Below are positions 32,246 through 43,039 of a DNA stretch of 64,000 nt, one piece after another (the first letter of the stretch is position 1; each line of letters begins with the position of its first letter). The DNA is from Spirochaetaceae bacterium (GTDB taxonomy: Bacteria; Spirochaetota; Spirochaetia; DSM-2461). The stretch is taken from contig JAOPTT010000003.1 in assembly GCA_051531975.1 (NCBI GenBank), positions 224,001-288,000 on the forward strand, read 5' to 3'. A program made the translations under genes and the position numbers. Below the pieces are notes generated by a model that was given only the letters and a program-made list of their open reading frames with translations, was not told the DNA's origin and did no database searches.

Positions 32246-34124
32246 TGATTAACCACTCCCTAGGTATCTCAATTTTCTCTGTTTTTCCAGAGATAGTAAT
32301 AGTATCAGAAGTATTAATATTAATATTGGAAATATCATTTCTGAATTTTTCTAAGCCTGCACAAACTACCGAAGCCCACATTGCTATACCTGAAGATTGT
32401 CTTCGGATAAGGGATGGTATAGCAGTTCTGGGAAATATCAGATTACTATTTGGTTCAGCAGCAATATTCCAGGCTTCCACACTGTTTTCTGATTTTTTGA
32501 TTGTAATATTTTGAATATGTGAGTAGTGCCCGTTACCGGTATAATAACTACTCTGCCCATTCAATAGTATGTTATCCTGAAGTTGTTTATCATCATCAAT
32601 AGGGCAGACACATCCACCTTCACAGAATTCAATATCTTTATCAGTTTTAACCAGATGGATTCTAACCTGACATCCATCCATCCAGGTTTGTATAGTTCTA
32701 AATACAATACCGGAATTCAGCACCCAGTCAGAAGTAAGAGCTTTCTCTGTAAATTTGTGGTTTACTGTTTTCCCCCTATGTAACCAGAGCCCAAACTCTG
32801 TTTTTAACATTAGAGTATTATCCCCACCCTGTTCAGAAATTTTACTGTTACCTGTGGGAACTGAGAATGCAAACCTACTGCTATAAGATAACTTTGAATA
32901 TTTTTGTTTATTGTGTCTTGGTTCAAATCCTGCAAACTGCCCACCATTTAAGAAGGTAACATCTCCGGATATTTTATCACGGCAGACTAAAAACTTTGGG
33001 TGTTTCTGCAGAGAAACTTCAGGACCGTTAATTGGTAAGTCTTCCTCTTTGGCTAACCAGAAATCTGAATCATCTGCTAATGCCAGGACAAAAAATGTTT
33101 TCATCCCCCAATAGGGACTTCCCGGTGCATTGTAACCCTCCGCCATTATTAAATTGGGGTATGAGTAACCAATGGATAGAAGCCCTGACTCTGTAAATAT
33201 AGGTTGCCCAAACCACCATCTAAAATGTCTTAATACCATACCTTTTATTATTCCCGGTGTTAACCAGTCACTATTTTCATGAAGGTTACAAAATGCAGCG
33301 GCGGACCAGAAACTTCCCTGGGCAAAACGGTATGTCTGGCTTCGTCCAAATGCTACAGCCTCTCCTCCTGGTGCAAACCACTCTTTAAAATCAACAGCAA
33401 AAATAGCTGCTCTCTCTTTAAAAACCAGAGACCGTTTTGGATCTTTTTTACCCATAATCCCCGCATACAACATACCGTAGAAATGCATTCCAAATGAGAT
33501 ATAGTAGTCAAACTGGTCGTTTTTACCATCAGAGTACCAGCCGTTTCCCAGGTAGTAACTCTCAAGTTCGGCAAAGTCCTTTTCAACCATTTCCTGGGAA
33601 CCTGCACCACAAACAGAGTTTAGGCCTATATTTACAAATATACGGAAAAACAGCCAGTTATTTGCCGGATAGGCATGATCATTTACCGATTCAAACCATA
33701 TTTTAAAATTATTCTGATCTTTTAACTCCAACTTATTCCAAATAAGAAGTGGAGACATTATTAGAGAGAGACCTATAACCGCCATCTCTACAAATTTCTG
33801 ATCTAGGTCAAATGTATCCCCCCAATAATCTTTATGGTTAGGATCAACTCCACATTTTAGCCCTTTAACTGCCATGGACAAAAAAGGATCTAATAGTTTT
33901 TCATCTGTACCACCTGCTACTGCAGATAAAATACCCCAGAATGGTCTTGAATAACCTTCAAACCCTGCACCATTTACTGTATAAAAAGCTCTATTACTTC
34001 CGGGAATAACAAATGTATTACTGTGGGAAAACCAGTTGGATAACGGTTTAATTAGGGATATTAAAGCTTCTGTAAGATCCTCTTTGCTGTTTATAGGATT
34101 ATTCTCTATCTCTTTAAATATCAT
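32238..34124 (-). CDS. DUF2264 protein (probable GH154-related glucuronidase)
   Basis: FEGYSRPFWG, DQKFVEMA, NNWLFFR, YLGNGWYSDG, GRSQTYRFA and YNAPGSPYW motifs. Confidence 0.85.
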   Translation of the reverse strand: MIFKEIENNPINSKEDLTEALISLIKPLSNWFSHSNTFVIPGSNRAFYTVNGAGFEGYSRPFWGILSAVAGGTDEKLLDPFLSMAVKGLKCGVDPNHKDYWGDTFDLDQKFVEMAVIGLSLIMSPLLIWNKLELKDQNNFKIWFESVNDHAYPANNWLFFRIFVNIGLNSVCGAGSQEMVEKDFAELESYYLGNGWYSDGKNDQFDYYISFGMHFYGMLYAGIMGKKDPKRSLVFKERAAIFAVDFKEWFAPGGEAVAFGRSQTYRFAQGSFWSAAAFCNLHENSDWLTPGIIKGMVLRHFRWWFGQPIFTESGLLSIGYSYPNLIMAEGYNAPGSPYWGMKTFFVLALADDSDFWLAKEEDLPINGPEVSLQKHPKFLVCRDKISGDVTFLNGGQFAGFEPRHNKQKYSKLSYSSRFAFSVPTGNSKISEQGGDNTLMLKTEFGLWLHRGKTVNHKFTEKALTSDWVLNSGIVFRTIQTWMDGCQVRIHLVKTDKDIEFCEGGCVCPIDDDKQLQDNILLNGQSSYYTGNGHYSHIQNITIKKSENSVEAWNIAAEPNSNLIFPRTAIPSLIRRQSSGIAMWASVVCAGLEKFRNDISNININTSDTITISGKTEKIEIPREWLIIE

Positions 34125-34125
34125 A

Positions 34126-35235
34126 TTAACTCTTCTGGGAACCTCTTTTTCTTAATAATGCTTCTAAGAAGTAATAATCTCCATAGATTATAGGTTTATC
34201 AACTTCATCATTTTCCGGTTTGCTTCCAACACTATGTTTCAGTAAGAAACAGTTATTTGCCCCAATTTCTGCTAAATACTCCCTCGAGGTTAAACTTGTA
34301 ATTAATTTATCAGCAAACTTCATGTACTTATCTGAATCCTCTTTTAAATATGTAACCATTTCATATAGACCTGAACTGATTATTGCAGCTGCAGAAGCAT
34401 CCCTTGGAGCGTTAGGAATATCTGTATCATCAAAATCCCAGTAAGGAACACCATCGGCCGGTAAGTTTTTATGATTCATAATCATATCAGCAACTTTCAC
34501 TGCATGATCTAAAAACTTCTGATCCCCTGTTTCACGGTAACACATAGTATAACCATATATAGCCCAGGATTGACCACGGTTCCAGGTTGAGTCATTACTA
34601 AATCCCTGGTGGGTATGTCTGTGTAAAACTTCCCCATTTGTTGGATTATAATCTATAACGTGGTAGCAACTATTATCATCTCTAAATTGATTTTTTAGTG
34701 TTGTTTCAGCATGTGATATTGCAATCTCTCTGTATTTCGGATTACCACTCTTTTTAGATGCCCAGAAAAGAAGTTCAAGGTTCATCATATTATCGATAAT
34801 TACAGGGAACTGCCATTTATCTTTGTTAAAATCCCAGGATCTGATACAACCAACATTAGGATCAAATCTGCTGCTTAGACTCTCTGCACTCTGAAGTATG
34901 ATATCTATATATTCAGAATTATCTGTTAACCTATACCCTGATCCGTAACTGCAGAACATTCTAAAACCAATATCATGGTCACCTTTATTAAACTGCTGTT
35001 TAATCAGTTTATCCGTATATTTTTCCGATGCAGTTTTCCAGAATTCATCCTTAGTGGATTCATATTGTTGCCATAAACATCCTGCAAAAAAACCACTAGT
35101 CCAATCTGCCGGTTCAACCAACCTTATTGTTCCATCGTTATTTGTTGACCTTGGGATAAGATCTGAGCCGGCGATCTGTTTTAACATAGATCTCATCTGC
35201 TCTTCAGTATGTTTAAAAATATTATTCAATTTCAT
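34126..35235 (-). CDS. ugl: Unsaturated glucuronyl hydrolase, GH88
   Basis: WTSGFF, HDIGF, IIDNMMNLELL, STWNRGQSW, DASAAAI and YGDYYFLEAL motifs. Confidence 0.92.
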   Translation of the reverse strand: MKLNNIFKHTEEQMRSMLKQIAGSDLIPRSTNNDGTIRLVEPADWTSGFFAGCLWQQYESTKDEFWKTASEKYTDKLIKQQFNKGDHDIGFRMFCSYGSGYRLTDNSEYIDIILQSAESLSSRFDPNVGCIRSWDFNKDKWQFPVIIDNMMNLELLFWASKKSGNPKYREIAISHAETTLKNQFRDDNSCYHVIDYNPTNGEVLHRHTHQGFSNDSTWNRGQSWAIYGYTMCYRETGDQKFLDHAVKVADMIMNHKNLPADGVPYWDFDDTDIPNAPRDASAAAIISSGLYEMVTYLKEDSDKYMKFADKLITSLTSREYLAEIGANNCFLLKHSVGSKPENDEVDKPIIYGDYYFLEALLRKRGSQKS

Positions 35236-35465
35236 TCAATTCTCCTGTAGTGCATTTTGATTAGTATCAGCCTGATGTTATGTTTTGGATACTCATAATG
35301 TTAATGAATAGTTACCAATTTAATTATGCTGTCGATATATGACCTGAATCCGTATAAAAAACCTTAAAAAACTCAATTCATTGTTGATTGTATAAAGAAT
35401 ACCACAGAGCAGTTAGAAGATATAGGCAGATTAATTTCTTCAGAAGGTAGTTACATTCCTGTAAC

Positions 35466-36203
35466 CTATAAATTAAGGATATCCCCATTTCCTGGTATAA
35501 AAACATTCTGGTTATAACTAATATCCCGAAGTTTATCCCTTGTATCACCACAATGATTGATTGAGTCCATATGAACTGCAACCGTAGTACTATCAGGTAA
35601 AAGTTTACTTATTTTAATTATATCTCTGTTTCCCATTGTTATTTGTCCTAAAAACTTCATTTTAGCTGCTCCACCATTGGCTATGATCCAATTTGGTTTT
35701 GTCCTTAATAATGTGTTTTTAATCTTAGGAGTTAATAATGTATCACCTGTTAAATACAATATACCTTCTGAACTCTCTAATAAGTATGCTGAAGATATAC
35801 CAAGCTTATTTTTTAAAAGCTTACCACCATGTGAACCTATAAATCTTGTACAATCAAATCCTAACCATGATCTATTATCTGTTATTGAAGTTAAGTTTGT
35901 AAAACCAAGATCTTCAAAGATCTCATTATCTTCGACCTGACATAATATTGGAATATTTTTAGGCAATACTTTCTTTGCTAACTCATCAAAATGATCATTA
36001 TGATTATGGGTAATTAAGACACCATCAACATTAAACAACTCTTCATAATTTATAGGTAGATCAACTAATGGATTCCTACGGTTATTGTAACTATATACTA
36101 TGGGAGGGTATGTTTCCTTTCCTGCAAAAACAGGATCTATAAGTATTCGTTTATTGTTTAATTCTATAATCGATGTAGCGTGTCTATAATGTATTATCTT
36201 CAA
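35466..36203 (-). CDS. Metallo-beta-lactamase-fold hydrolase
   Basis: ILIDP, THNHNDH (HxHxDH), YLTGDT and VAVHM motifs; TTG start after GAGGAG. Confidence 0.88.
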   Translation of the reverse strand: MKIIHYRHATSIIELNNKRILIDPVFAGKETYPPIVYSYNNRRNPLVDLPINYEELFNVDGVLITHNHNDHFDELAKKVLPKNIPILCQVEDNEIFEDLGFTNLTSITDNRSWLGFDCTRFIGSHGGKLLKNKLGISSAYLLESSEGILYLTGDTLLTPKIKNTLLRTKPNWIIANGGAAKMKFLGQITMGNRDIIKISKLLPDSTTVAVHMDSINHCGDTRDKLRDISYNQNVFIPGNGDILNL

Positions 36204-36222
36204 ATCTAAACTCCTCTATTTG

Positions 36223-36254
36223 AGTATAAACTATGTAGTAACCTACAGGGTCAA
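36223..36254 (-). promoter_or_regulatory. MerR-type promoter/operator (20-bp spacer) for the MBL gene
   Basis: TTGACC-ctgtaggttactacatagtt (20 bp)-TATACT, with a TGTAG/CTACA dyad in the spacer. Confidence 0.8.
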
Positions 36255-36361
36255 CTAATATCCATGATTTTGCATATAACATTACAATAATTTTAAATCT
36301 TTACTTCTAGTTAACATAGGTTTATATTACCCTATAAAATTAAATTTATCAGGATGTTATT

Positions 36362-36790
36362 ATGTATAAAAGAAAAGAGGTTGCTGAGTTTCTAAATATA
36401 AATAGTGAGACTGTTAGATTTTATGAAGATAAAGGACTTTTGCCACTTCTTGAAAGAGGCTCAAATGGCTACAGAAAATATGAGAAACAACATTTAGTTA
36501 GGTTAACTTTTATATTACAGGCTAAAGAGTTTGGCTTCACGTTAGCTGAAATTAAGGAGGTAGTTGAAAGTGGAATTGCTGATTATATAACTAGGGAAAA
36601 TAATGACAAACCCAATAATATGGAACTTGAATCTATGTTAGAAAACAAAATAAGTAGTGTAAATGAACAGATAGATAATTTAAAAATAATGAAGCATAAA
36701 TTAACAAAATACAAAAACCAGAAGATGTATTTAGATCTAAAAAAATATGATTTTTGTAAATTAAATCAAGTTATTGACTCTGTACTATAA
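36362..36790 (+). CDS. MerR-family transcriptional regulator
   Basis: ETVRFYEDKGLL, NGYRKY and GFTLAEIK motifs. Confidence 0.93.
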   Translation: MYKRKEVAEFLNINSETVRFYEDKGLLPLLERGSNGYRKYEKQHLVRLTFILQAKEFGFTLAEIKEVVESGIADYITRENNDKPNNMELESMLENKISSVNEQIDNLKIMKHKLTKYKNQKMYLDLKKYDFCKLNQVIDSVL

Positions 36791-36805
36791 TACAGGGTTT
36801 AGCCT
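36774..36805 (+). promoter_or_regulatory. MerR-type promoter/operator (20-bp spacer) for the flavodoxin-ferredoxin gene, overlapping the merR 3' end
   Basis: TTGACT-ctgtactataatacagggtt (20 bp)-TAGCCT, with a CTGTA/TACAG dyad. Confidence 0.78.
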
Positions 36806-36822
36806 AAGTCCAAGGAGTAGAT

Positions 36823-37590
36823 ATGACAATATTTTATTTTTCAGGAACAGGTAATAGTCTTTGGGTAACTAAAAGTATAAAAGAGAGTTTTGATGGTGTT
36901 AAATTAGAACCAATAACTAGGTATATAAATAGAGAAATTAATGATGATAAAATTGGGTTTATATTTCCATGTTATTGTCTAACAGTTCCCCCATTTATTA
37001 GGAAGTTTATATCTGAACTTAATATAACAGCACCAAATCCATATATCTTTAGTGTAATAACCCACAATGGTGTTCCAGGTAGAACTCTATCGGTTTTCGA
37101 TAAACTTCTAAAGAAGAAAGGTTTTAATCTTAACTATGGTGATGACCTGATAATGCCAGGAAACTCGGTAATTATTAAAGATTATACAAACAGTAGAGTA
37201 GAGGTAGAAAAAAGGTTAAAAGATTCTTTAATTAGTATCAAACCTATAATAGTAAATATTAAAAACAGATTAGAGAGTAATAATTATCCTAGGATTTCTC
37301 TAGGAGGTATTATAAAAAATAACTTTGAAGAATTTATATTAAACAAAGTTTATATGCCTAAACCATTCTGGACATCAGACAGTTGTAATAACTGTGGAAT
37401 CTGTAAAAAAGTATGCCCTACAAATTCAATAGAAATTATTGATAAAAAAATAATATGGGATAATAGTTGTGTGGCATGTTTAGCCTGTTATCATTGGTGT
37501 CCAAAAAAGGCTATTGAATTAGATAAATATACGAAAGCGAGGCCAAGATTAACACATCCACAAATAAATATAAAAGAGATGTGTCTATAG
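36823..37590 (+). CDS. EFR1-type flavodoxin-fold + 2x[4Fe-4S] ferredoxin fusion
   Basis: YFSGTGNS; CNNCGICKKVCP and CVACLACYHWCP. Confidence 0.88.
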   Translation: MTIFYFSGTGNSLWVTKSIKESFDGVKLEPITRYINREINDDKIGFIFPCYCLTVPPFIRKFISELNITAPNPYIFSVITHNGVPGRTLSVFDKLLKKKGFNLNYGDDLIMPGNSVIIKDYTNSRVEVEKRLKDSLISIKPIIVNIKNRLESNNYPRISLGGIIKNNFEEFILNKVYMPKPFWTSDSCNNCGICKKVCPTNSIEIIDKKIIWDNSCVACLACYHWCPKKAIELDKYTKARPRLTHPQINIKEMCL

Positions 37591-37744
37591 TTTAATATTG
37601 GCTTATCAAATACATAGCATTTTAAATATGACCTTATAAAAAATCTTAATACTATTATTAATTGTGATTTATACAACCTTATAGTATGATAGTACAGTAG
37701 AACATGGTTAAGCATTATATAATAAGATAAAATAAGGAGAACAA

Positions 37745-39250
37745 ATGACTAAGAAACCAAATATTCTAGTTATTATGGTCGATGATCATGCAGCAAAAGC
37801 AATTAGTGCTTATAATTCTAGATTAAACAGTGTTTTTTCCACACCAAATCTAGACAGAATAGCAAACGAAGGGGCTCTATTAGAAAACTGTAGTTGCACA
37901 AATGCTATATGTACCCCAAGCAGGGCTGTAATATTAACTGGTAAGTCATCCCACATTACAGGAGTTAGAACTCTTTCAGATGCAATGGATCCTAATGAGC
38001 AGACTTTTCCAAAAATGTTACAAGAAGCTGGTTATAATACAGCACTTTTTGGGAAATGGCATGTACATTCTGAGCCTTTGGGTTTTGATGATTATAGTAT
38101 ACTTCCTGGGCAAGGAGACTATTTTAATCCATCATTTGTAGCTAAGGGAGCTAAATGGGAAACACATCATTCAGGATCAAATCACGATTATCCAGCCTCT
38201 ACACAAGAGGAAGGATATGTTACTGATATAATAACTGATAAAACACTTAATTGGTTAGATAATAGAGAGAGTAACAAACCATTTATGTTACTCTGCCACC
38301 ACAAAGCACCACATGATGATTTTGAATACCACTCAAGAGATGAACATATGTTTGATGGTATAACAATACCAGAACCAGGAAATTTAAGAGAAGATAAATC
38401 ACATAGATCTGATGGTTCTAGAGATTTTGGAACAACTATTTCCGAAAAAAATAGAAAAAGAAATGCTGTTATGATAATGAGTAAGGAGGATTATCCAACT
38501 GGATCTTTAGATGTTTCAGGCTTAAATTCAGATCAGAGGACATCAGCTGCTTATCAAAAATATTTAAAAGATTATCTACGTGTTTGTAAAGGAATTGATG
38601 ACAATGTGGGAAGACTTTTAGAATATCTTGATAATAATGATTTAACTGAAAATACTGTAGTGATCTATACTTCCGATCAAGGGATGTTCTTAGGAGAACA
38701 TGACTATATGGATAAAAGATGGATTTATGAAGAAGCACTTCAGATGCCATTTTTAGTCAGATACCCTAAAGAGATAAAGCCAGGTATTAAAATGGATAGT
38801 ATCGTGAGTAACCTGGATTTTGCACCTACGTTCTTAGATATTGCAGGACTTAAAAAGCCAAATGATATGCAAGGCAGAAGTTTCCTTCCAATTATAAAGG
38901 GTCAGGAGCCAGAGGATTGGGTAAACATAGCATATAACAGATACTGGATGCATATGGCTCACCACGATGTCCCAGCTCACTTTGGTATAAGGACAAAAGA
39001 GTACAAAATAATATTCTTTTATGGCTTAGCATTAGATGCAACAGATGCTCTTTTAGATTCTACACCAGCAGGTTGGGAATTATATGATTTAGTTAATGAT
39101 CCTAATGAAAATTGTAATATCTATAACAACCCCAACTACAAAGGATTACGAGATATTGCAAAAAAGACTTTATTAGAATACAGAGCAAACTTAGGAGAAG
39201 ATGATACTAAATACCCTGAACTTTGCAAACTTTTAGAAGAGGTAAAATAA
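37745..39250 (+). CDS. Cys-type sulfatase, GlcNAc-6-sulfatase-like
   Basis: CTPSRAVILTG, GKWH, HKAPH, YTSDQG..LGEH and DKRW motifs. Confidence 0.9.
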   Translation: MTKKPNILVIMVDDHAAKAISAYNSRLNSVFSTPNLDRIANEGALLENCSCTNAICTPSRAVILTGKSSHITGVRTLSDAMDPNEQTFPKMLQEAGYNTALFGKWHVHSEPLGFDDYSILPGQGDYFNPSFVAKGAKWETHHSGSNHDYPASTQEEGYVTDIITDKTLNWLDNRESNKPFMLLCHHKAPHDDFEYHSRDEHMFDGITIPEPGNLREDKSHRSDGSRDFGTTISEKNRKRNAVMIMSKEDYPTGSLDVSGLNSDQRTSAAYQKYLKDYLRVCKGIDDNVGRLLEYLDNNDLTENTVVIYTSDQGMFLGEHDYMDKRWIYEEALQMPFLVRYPKEIKPGIKMDSIVSNLDFAPTFLDIAGLKKPNDMQGRSFLPIIKGQEPEDWVNIAYNRYWMHMAHHDVPAHFGIRTKEYKIIFFYGLALDATDALLDSTPAGWELYDLVNDPNENCNIYNNPNYKGLRDIAKKTLLEYRANLGEDDTKYPELCKLLEEVK

Positions 39251-40324
39251 ATGGATAAATTAAGAACTATAAGCAATGAAAATCAATCAGAAATGTTTAA
39301 AGATCTGAAACCAATAGGTAGAATATTGGAACTTGATGGCTACCATGTATGGGGGACATCCCCTATCCGCGGGGAAGACGGAAAAGTTCATCTTTTTTTT
39401 AGTAGATGGTCAAAAGATGCATCCCACTATGGATGGGTCATGAACTGCGAAGTGGCACACGCTGTTTCAGATAGCCCAGAAGGTCCTTTTGAAGTAACTG
39501 GAACTGTTTTGGAAGGAACAAGGGGCACAGAGTGGGATTCATGGTCTATTCATAACCCAACTGTTCATAAAATTGGTAATAAATACGCTATCTTTTATAT
39601 GGGTAGTAATGGATCAAACTTTGATAAATCTCAAGAAGAGCTAATAACACTTAGTAAAGAAGATAAAAATGCTTACCAACCATATTTCCATGCTTTAGTA
39701 GCATCAAAACAGGTTGGTATCGCTGTTGCTGACAGCCTTAATGGCCCCTGGGAGAGATTAACAGAACATCCTGCTGTTCCCCAAGGTAAAAATGGAGAAT
39801 GGGATGACTTTGTTACAAGTAATCCAGCTTTTTTGAACCACCCAAATGGTGAATTATGGTTATATTATAAAGCATGGAATCAAAAGAGTGCAGAAGAAAA
39901 CAATGGAAACAGACAGTATGGTTTAGCCATATCAAACTCTTTAGATATACCATTTAAGAAGTTAGATGCTAATCCAGTTATAGATCTTTCACATCTTGGC
40001 AACAATACACAATGTGAAGATGCATATATGTTTTATACGAATGGTTTGTTTCATATGTTATGCAGAGATATGGGGTATTATGATCATAGCGTAGGGCTGC
40101 ATTTTACATCAAAAGACGGTCTAACTTGGGATATTCCTAAAATGGCTTATAGAGAAGCTAAATATTATTTTGATGAACCAATGCCCGGTTTAGATAGAGA
40201 GGGCCGTTTTGAAAGACCCCAACTGCTTCTTAAAAGCGATGGAAGCCCTGACTATCTTTTTGCCGCCTATGTAGGAGGTAAGTCTGGGACTTCTTCTGCT
40301 GTTATACTAAAATTTACGAATTAA
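39251..40324 (+). CDS. Five-bladed beta-propeller glycoside hydrolase (GH43/GH117-like)
   Basis: HLFFSRW, AHAVSDSPEGPF, HNPTV, SNPA, EDAY and ERPQ motifs. Confidence 0.75.
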   Translation: MDKLRTISNENQSEMFKDLKPIGRILELDGYHVWGTSPIRGEDGKVHLFFSRWSKDASHYGWVMNCEVAHAVSDSPEGPFEVTGTVLEGTRGTEWDSWSIHNPTVHKIGNKYAIFYMGSNGSNFDKSQEELITLSKEDKNAYQPYFHALVASKQVGIAVADSLNGPWERLTEHPAVPQGKNGEWDDFVTSNPAFLNHPNGELWLYYKAWNQKSAEENNGNRQYGLAISNSLDIPFKKLDANPVIDLSHLGNNTQCEDAYMFYTNGLFHMLCRDMGYYDHSVGLHFTSKDGLTWDIPKMAYREAKYYFDEPMPGLDREGRFERPQLLLKSDGSPDYLFAAYVGGKSGTSSAVILKFTN

Positions 40325-41730
40325 ATAAGTTTATTACTACCTGGATATGGTCTTTCCCAATTAGTTTTATAAAAACTATGGGAAGGATCATCTACTCCAG
40401 GGACTAAAAGTTTATCACAGTTAGATTTAACTATGGAACTATTTAACCAGAGCATTAATTCTTTGTTCAAACTCGAAATAATATCCATATTATCACTATT
40501 GCTCGCCAAGTTATTAGATTCAGACGGGTCACTCTCTAAATTATATAGATAGGACTCACCATTTTTATATAAGGAGTAGCGCCAGGAACCGTAAGCGACA
40601 AAATAACCTGAATCTAAAAAACCCAAAATGTATCGATTTTCAGGTTGTGTATAGGGCTTAATATTTGCGATATTAAGTATTGTTGGATATAAATCTGTAA
40701 GAGATATCAGATTAGTATTAATTTCTCCAGGGAGGAAACCTTCCCCTTTGATTAACATAGGAATATTCACAGACTGATTATGGTAGAACATTTTACCTAT
40801 GAGTCCTCTATCTCCTAAATAGTCTCCGTGATCAGAGCTAAAAATTATTGTAGTATTTTCTGCTAATCCCTCTTTATCCAGGTAATTTAGAATATCCCCT
40901 ACACAGTCATCAAGTTGTTTAACCATAGCAAAATAGTGGTGCCTTATTTTTTTTATATGTTGGATATTCATATCACTATAATCGATTCCATTCCAACTTC
41001 TAAGATTAGATAAAACACACTCATCAATCATCCATTTATCAAAATTTTTATCAGGTTCTTTAATTAAGTCTATATCAACCTTATCAATATATTCTTTTGG
41101 GGGATCATATGGGCAATGGGGGCCAGGAAAACCTATCATTAAAGCAAAAGGTTCTTTTGTGTTACGATTACCAAGGTATTCAAGAGATCTATCTGTAACC
41201 CATTTATCGATCTGTAGATCTGCAGGAAGACTATTTATTATTGCACCTTTATTATCGAAATAACCTTCAGATTCATTCCCATGAACCCGTTTATACCCTC
41301 TTTTATTAAGAGCTGTTTGATAATCATCATGAATATGAATATGTCTTTTATCCTCAGCAATAACTCTATGTTTAAAACCTTCATCTATATCCCATGGATA
41401 AAAGTGCATTTTACCAATTGCTACTGTTTCATAACCAACAGAGTCTAATACTTCGGGCCAAGTTTTTATACCAGTTTTCCCTCTATCAGGTCGTAACCAG
41501 CCGGAATTATTAACAACACCAGTTACAACCGAGTCCTCTCCTGTTAAAAACGATGCCCTTGCAGGTACACACAAAGGAGTTGGACTCAATGCGTTTTTAT
41601 AGTTAACTCCGTTATCTGATATAGAATCTATATTAGGGGTAGATATTGCTCTATTCCCATTACAACTTAGTGCATCAGCTCTTAACTGATCTGGAAAAAG
41701 GATTATAATGTTTTTTTTATTGTCTGACAT
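40321..41730 (-). CDS. Cys-type sulfatase (choline-sulfatase-like)
   Basis: NIIILFPDQLR, CVPARASFLTG, GKMH, PHCPY and SDHGD motifs; ATG 41730 after GGAGA. Confidence 0.9.
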   Translation of the reverse strand: MSDNKKNIIILFPDQLRADALSCNGNRAISTPNIDSISDNGVNYKNALSPTPLCVPARASFLTGEDSVVTGVVNNSGWLRPDRGKTGIKTWPEVLDSVGYETVAIGKMHFYPWDIDEGFKHRVIAEDKRHIHIHDDYQTALNKRGYKRVHGNESEGYFDNKGAIINSLPADLQIDKWVTDRSLEYLGNRNTKEPFALMIGFPGPHCPYDPPKEYIDKVDIDLIKEPDKNFDKWMIDECVLSNLRSWNGIDYSDMNIQHIKKIRHHYFAMVKQLDDCVGDILNYLDKEGLAENTTIIFSSDHGDYLGDRGLIGKMFYHNQSVNIPMLIKGEGFLPGEINTNLISLTDLYPTILNIANIKPYTQPENRYILGFLDSGYFVAYGSWRYSLYKNGESYLYNLESDPSESNNLASNSDNMDIISSLNKELMLWLNSSIVKSNCDKLLVPGVDDPSHSFYKTNWERPYPGSNKLI

Positions 41731-41819
41731 CTCTAATCTCCAATTTTTTAGCAAATTTTCTTAGATACTTACTTTTCAGGTATTTTATTTATATACATTT
41801 TCATCTGATTAAAGATTGC

Positions 41820-42803
41820 CTATAACATATTTAAAGTATCTAATTTTTTTCGAAGTCTCATTAAAGAATCAATCCATCTCTTTGGCATTCGACCCTGTCT
41901 ATCAGGAGGACAGTTTAAGAGAAAATTAACACCTCGGGATGTAGAAGCTAGATACATTCCTAATAATTCTTCATCGGAACGTGGTTCATCGTCATCTTCG
42001 TAAAACCACTCTTTTCCAATGGTATCATTCATTTCACCAGGTATATAATATTTTTTATCCATAATAAGTTTTTCATTATAATATGACTTTTTATCGTGCC
42101 CTCTGTTACTATTTGGTATAGTTCTCTCTAAAGTCATAAAGTCGGAAGGCCAGGCAAATGTGGGATCAAATTTAGTTCCATCCTGGCAAGAATGGTTAAA
42201 ACCTGTAATCATAGAGGGTTTTAATTCTGTAAGTTGTTTATATGTTTCCAATCTAGCATAAAGTGGAAGAACCTTTGGCATATCTATCCAGAAATAATCA
42301 GGGCTATAATTTTCAACTAGCTCTTTCATCTGTAACTGCATAAACTCAATATATTCAGGATTAGTATAACACATACCCTTTTCGTATTCTGTCCAATCTG
42401 GAGTTGACTCCATACCAAAGAGGTTTGTATTATCCCAGGCACAATAATAGAAACCAGGAAGTATACCCTTAGATCTACAAGCATCTACAAACTGTCCAAC
42501 CACATCGGTAGTAACACTGCTATTCTTTACAGAATAATCCCCATACTTACTTGGCCACAGAGCGTGTCCTGCAACATGCTTTGTAGTTAATACAGCATAT
42601 TTCATACCTGCATCCCGAGCAACAGATATCCACTCGTCAACATTGATATCAGTTGGGTTATATGTTTTTATAGCCTCCTGTGACGACAACTCTTTTCCAT
42701 CGAATGTAGACATACCCCAATGTATAAACATACCATACTTTAACTCTTCATATTTTTTTAGTTGATCAATTGATAACCGTTGATTACCGACAATATTTTG
42801 CAT
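41820..42803 (-). CDS. Alpha-L-fucosidase GH29 (catalytic domain only)
   Basis: [30 protein letters not shown] and [12 protein letters not shown] motifs. Confidence 0.88.
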   Translation of the reverse strand: MQNIVGNQRLSIDQLKKYEELKYGMFIHWGMSTFDGKELSSQEAIKTYNPTDINVDEWISVARDAGMKYAVLTTKHVAGHALWPSKYGDYSVKNSSVTTDVVGQFVDACRSKGILPGFYYCAWDNTNLFGMESTPDWTEYEKGMCYTNPEYIEFMQLQMKELVENYSPDYFWIDMPKVLPLYARLETYKQLTELKPSMITGFNHSCQDGTKFDPTFAWPSDFMTLERTIPNSNRGHDKKSYYNEKLIMDKKYYIPGEMNDTIGKEWFYEDDDEPRSDEELLGMYLASTSRGVNFLLNCPPDRQGRMPKRWIDSLMRLRKKLDTLNML

Positions 42804-42824
42804 ATAGATCTCTCCTTTTAGTAT

Positions 42825-42857
42825 AAAAAAAACCCATATACTTATATAGTATACGGG
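42825..42857 (-). terminator. Intrinsic terminator located in the GH29 5' leader
   Basis: Minus strand CCCGTATACT-atata-AGTATATGGG-TTTTTTTT; the G-U pair only works on the minus strand. Confidence 0.65.
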
Positions 42858-43039
42858 TTAATTATTAAATTTAATCTAGATTATATTTTTTGATAACGCA
42901 ATACTTTTCTACTAAATTGACCATTAAAATATGAGTAAATGTACACTTTTTATAATTATCCATGCTTTTGTTTAAAATAGTACATTTGTGTCTAAATATT
43001 ACAGGGTTAGTATTTAAACATAACAACAAGGAGACAATA

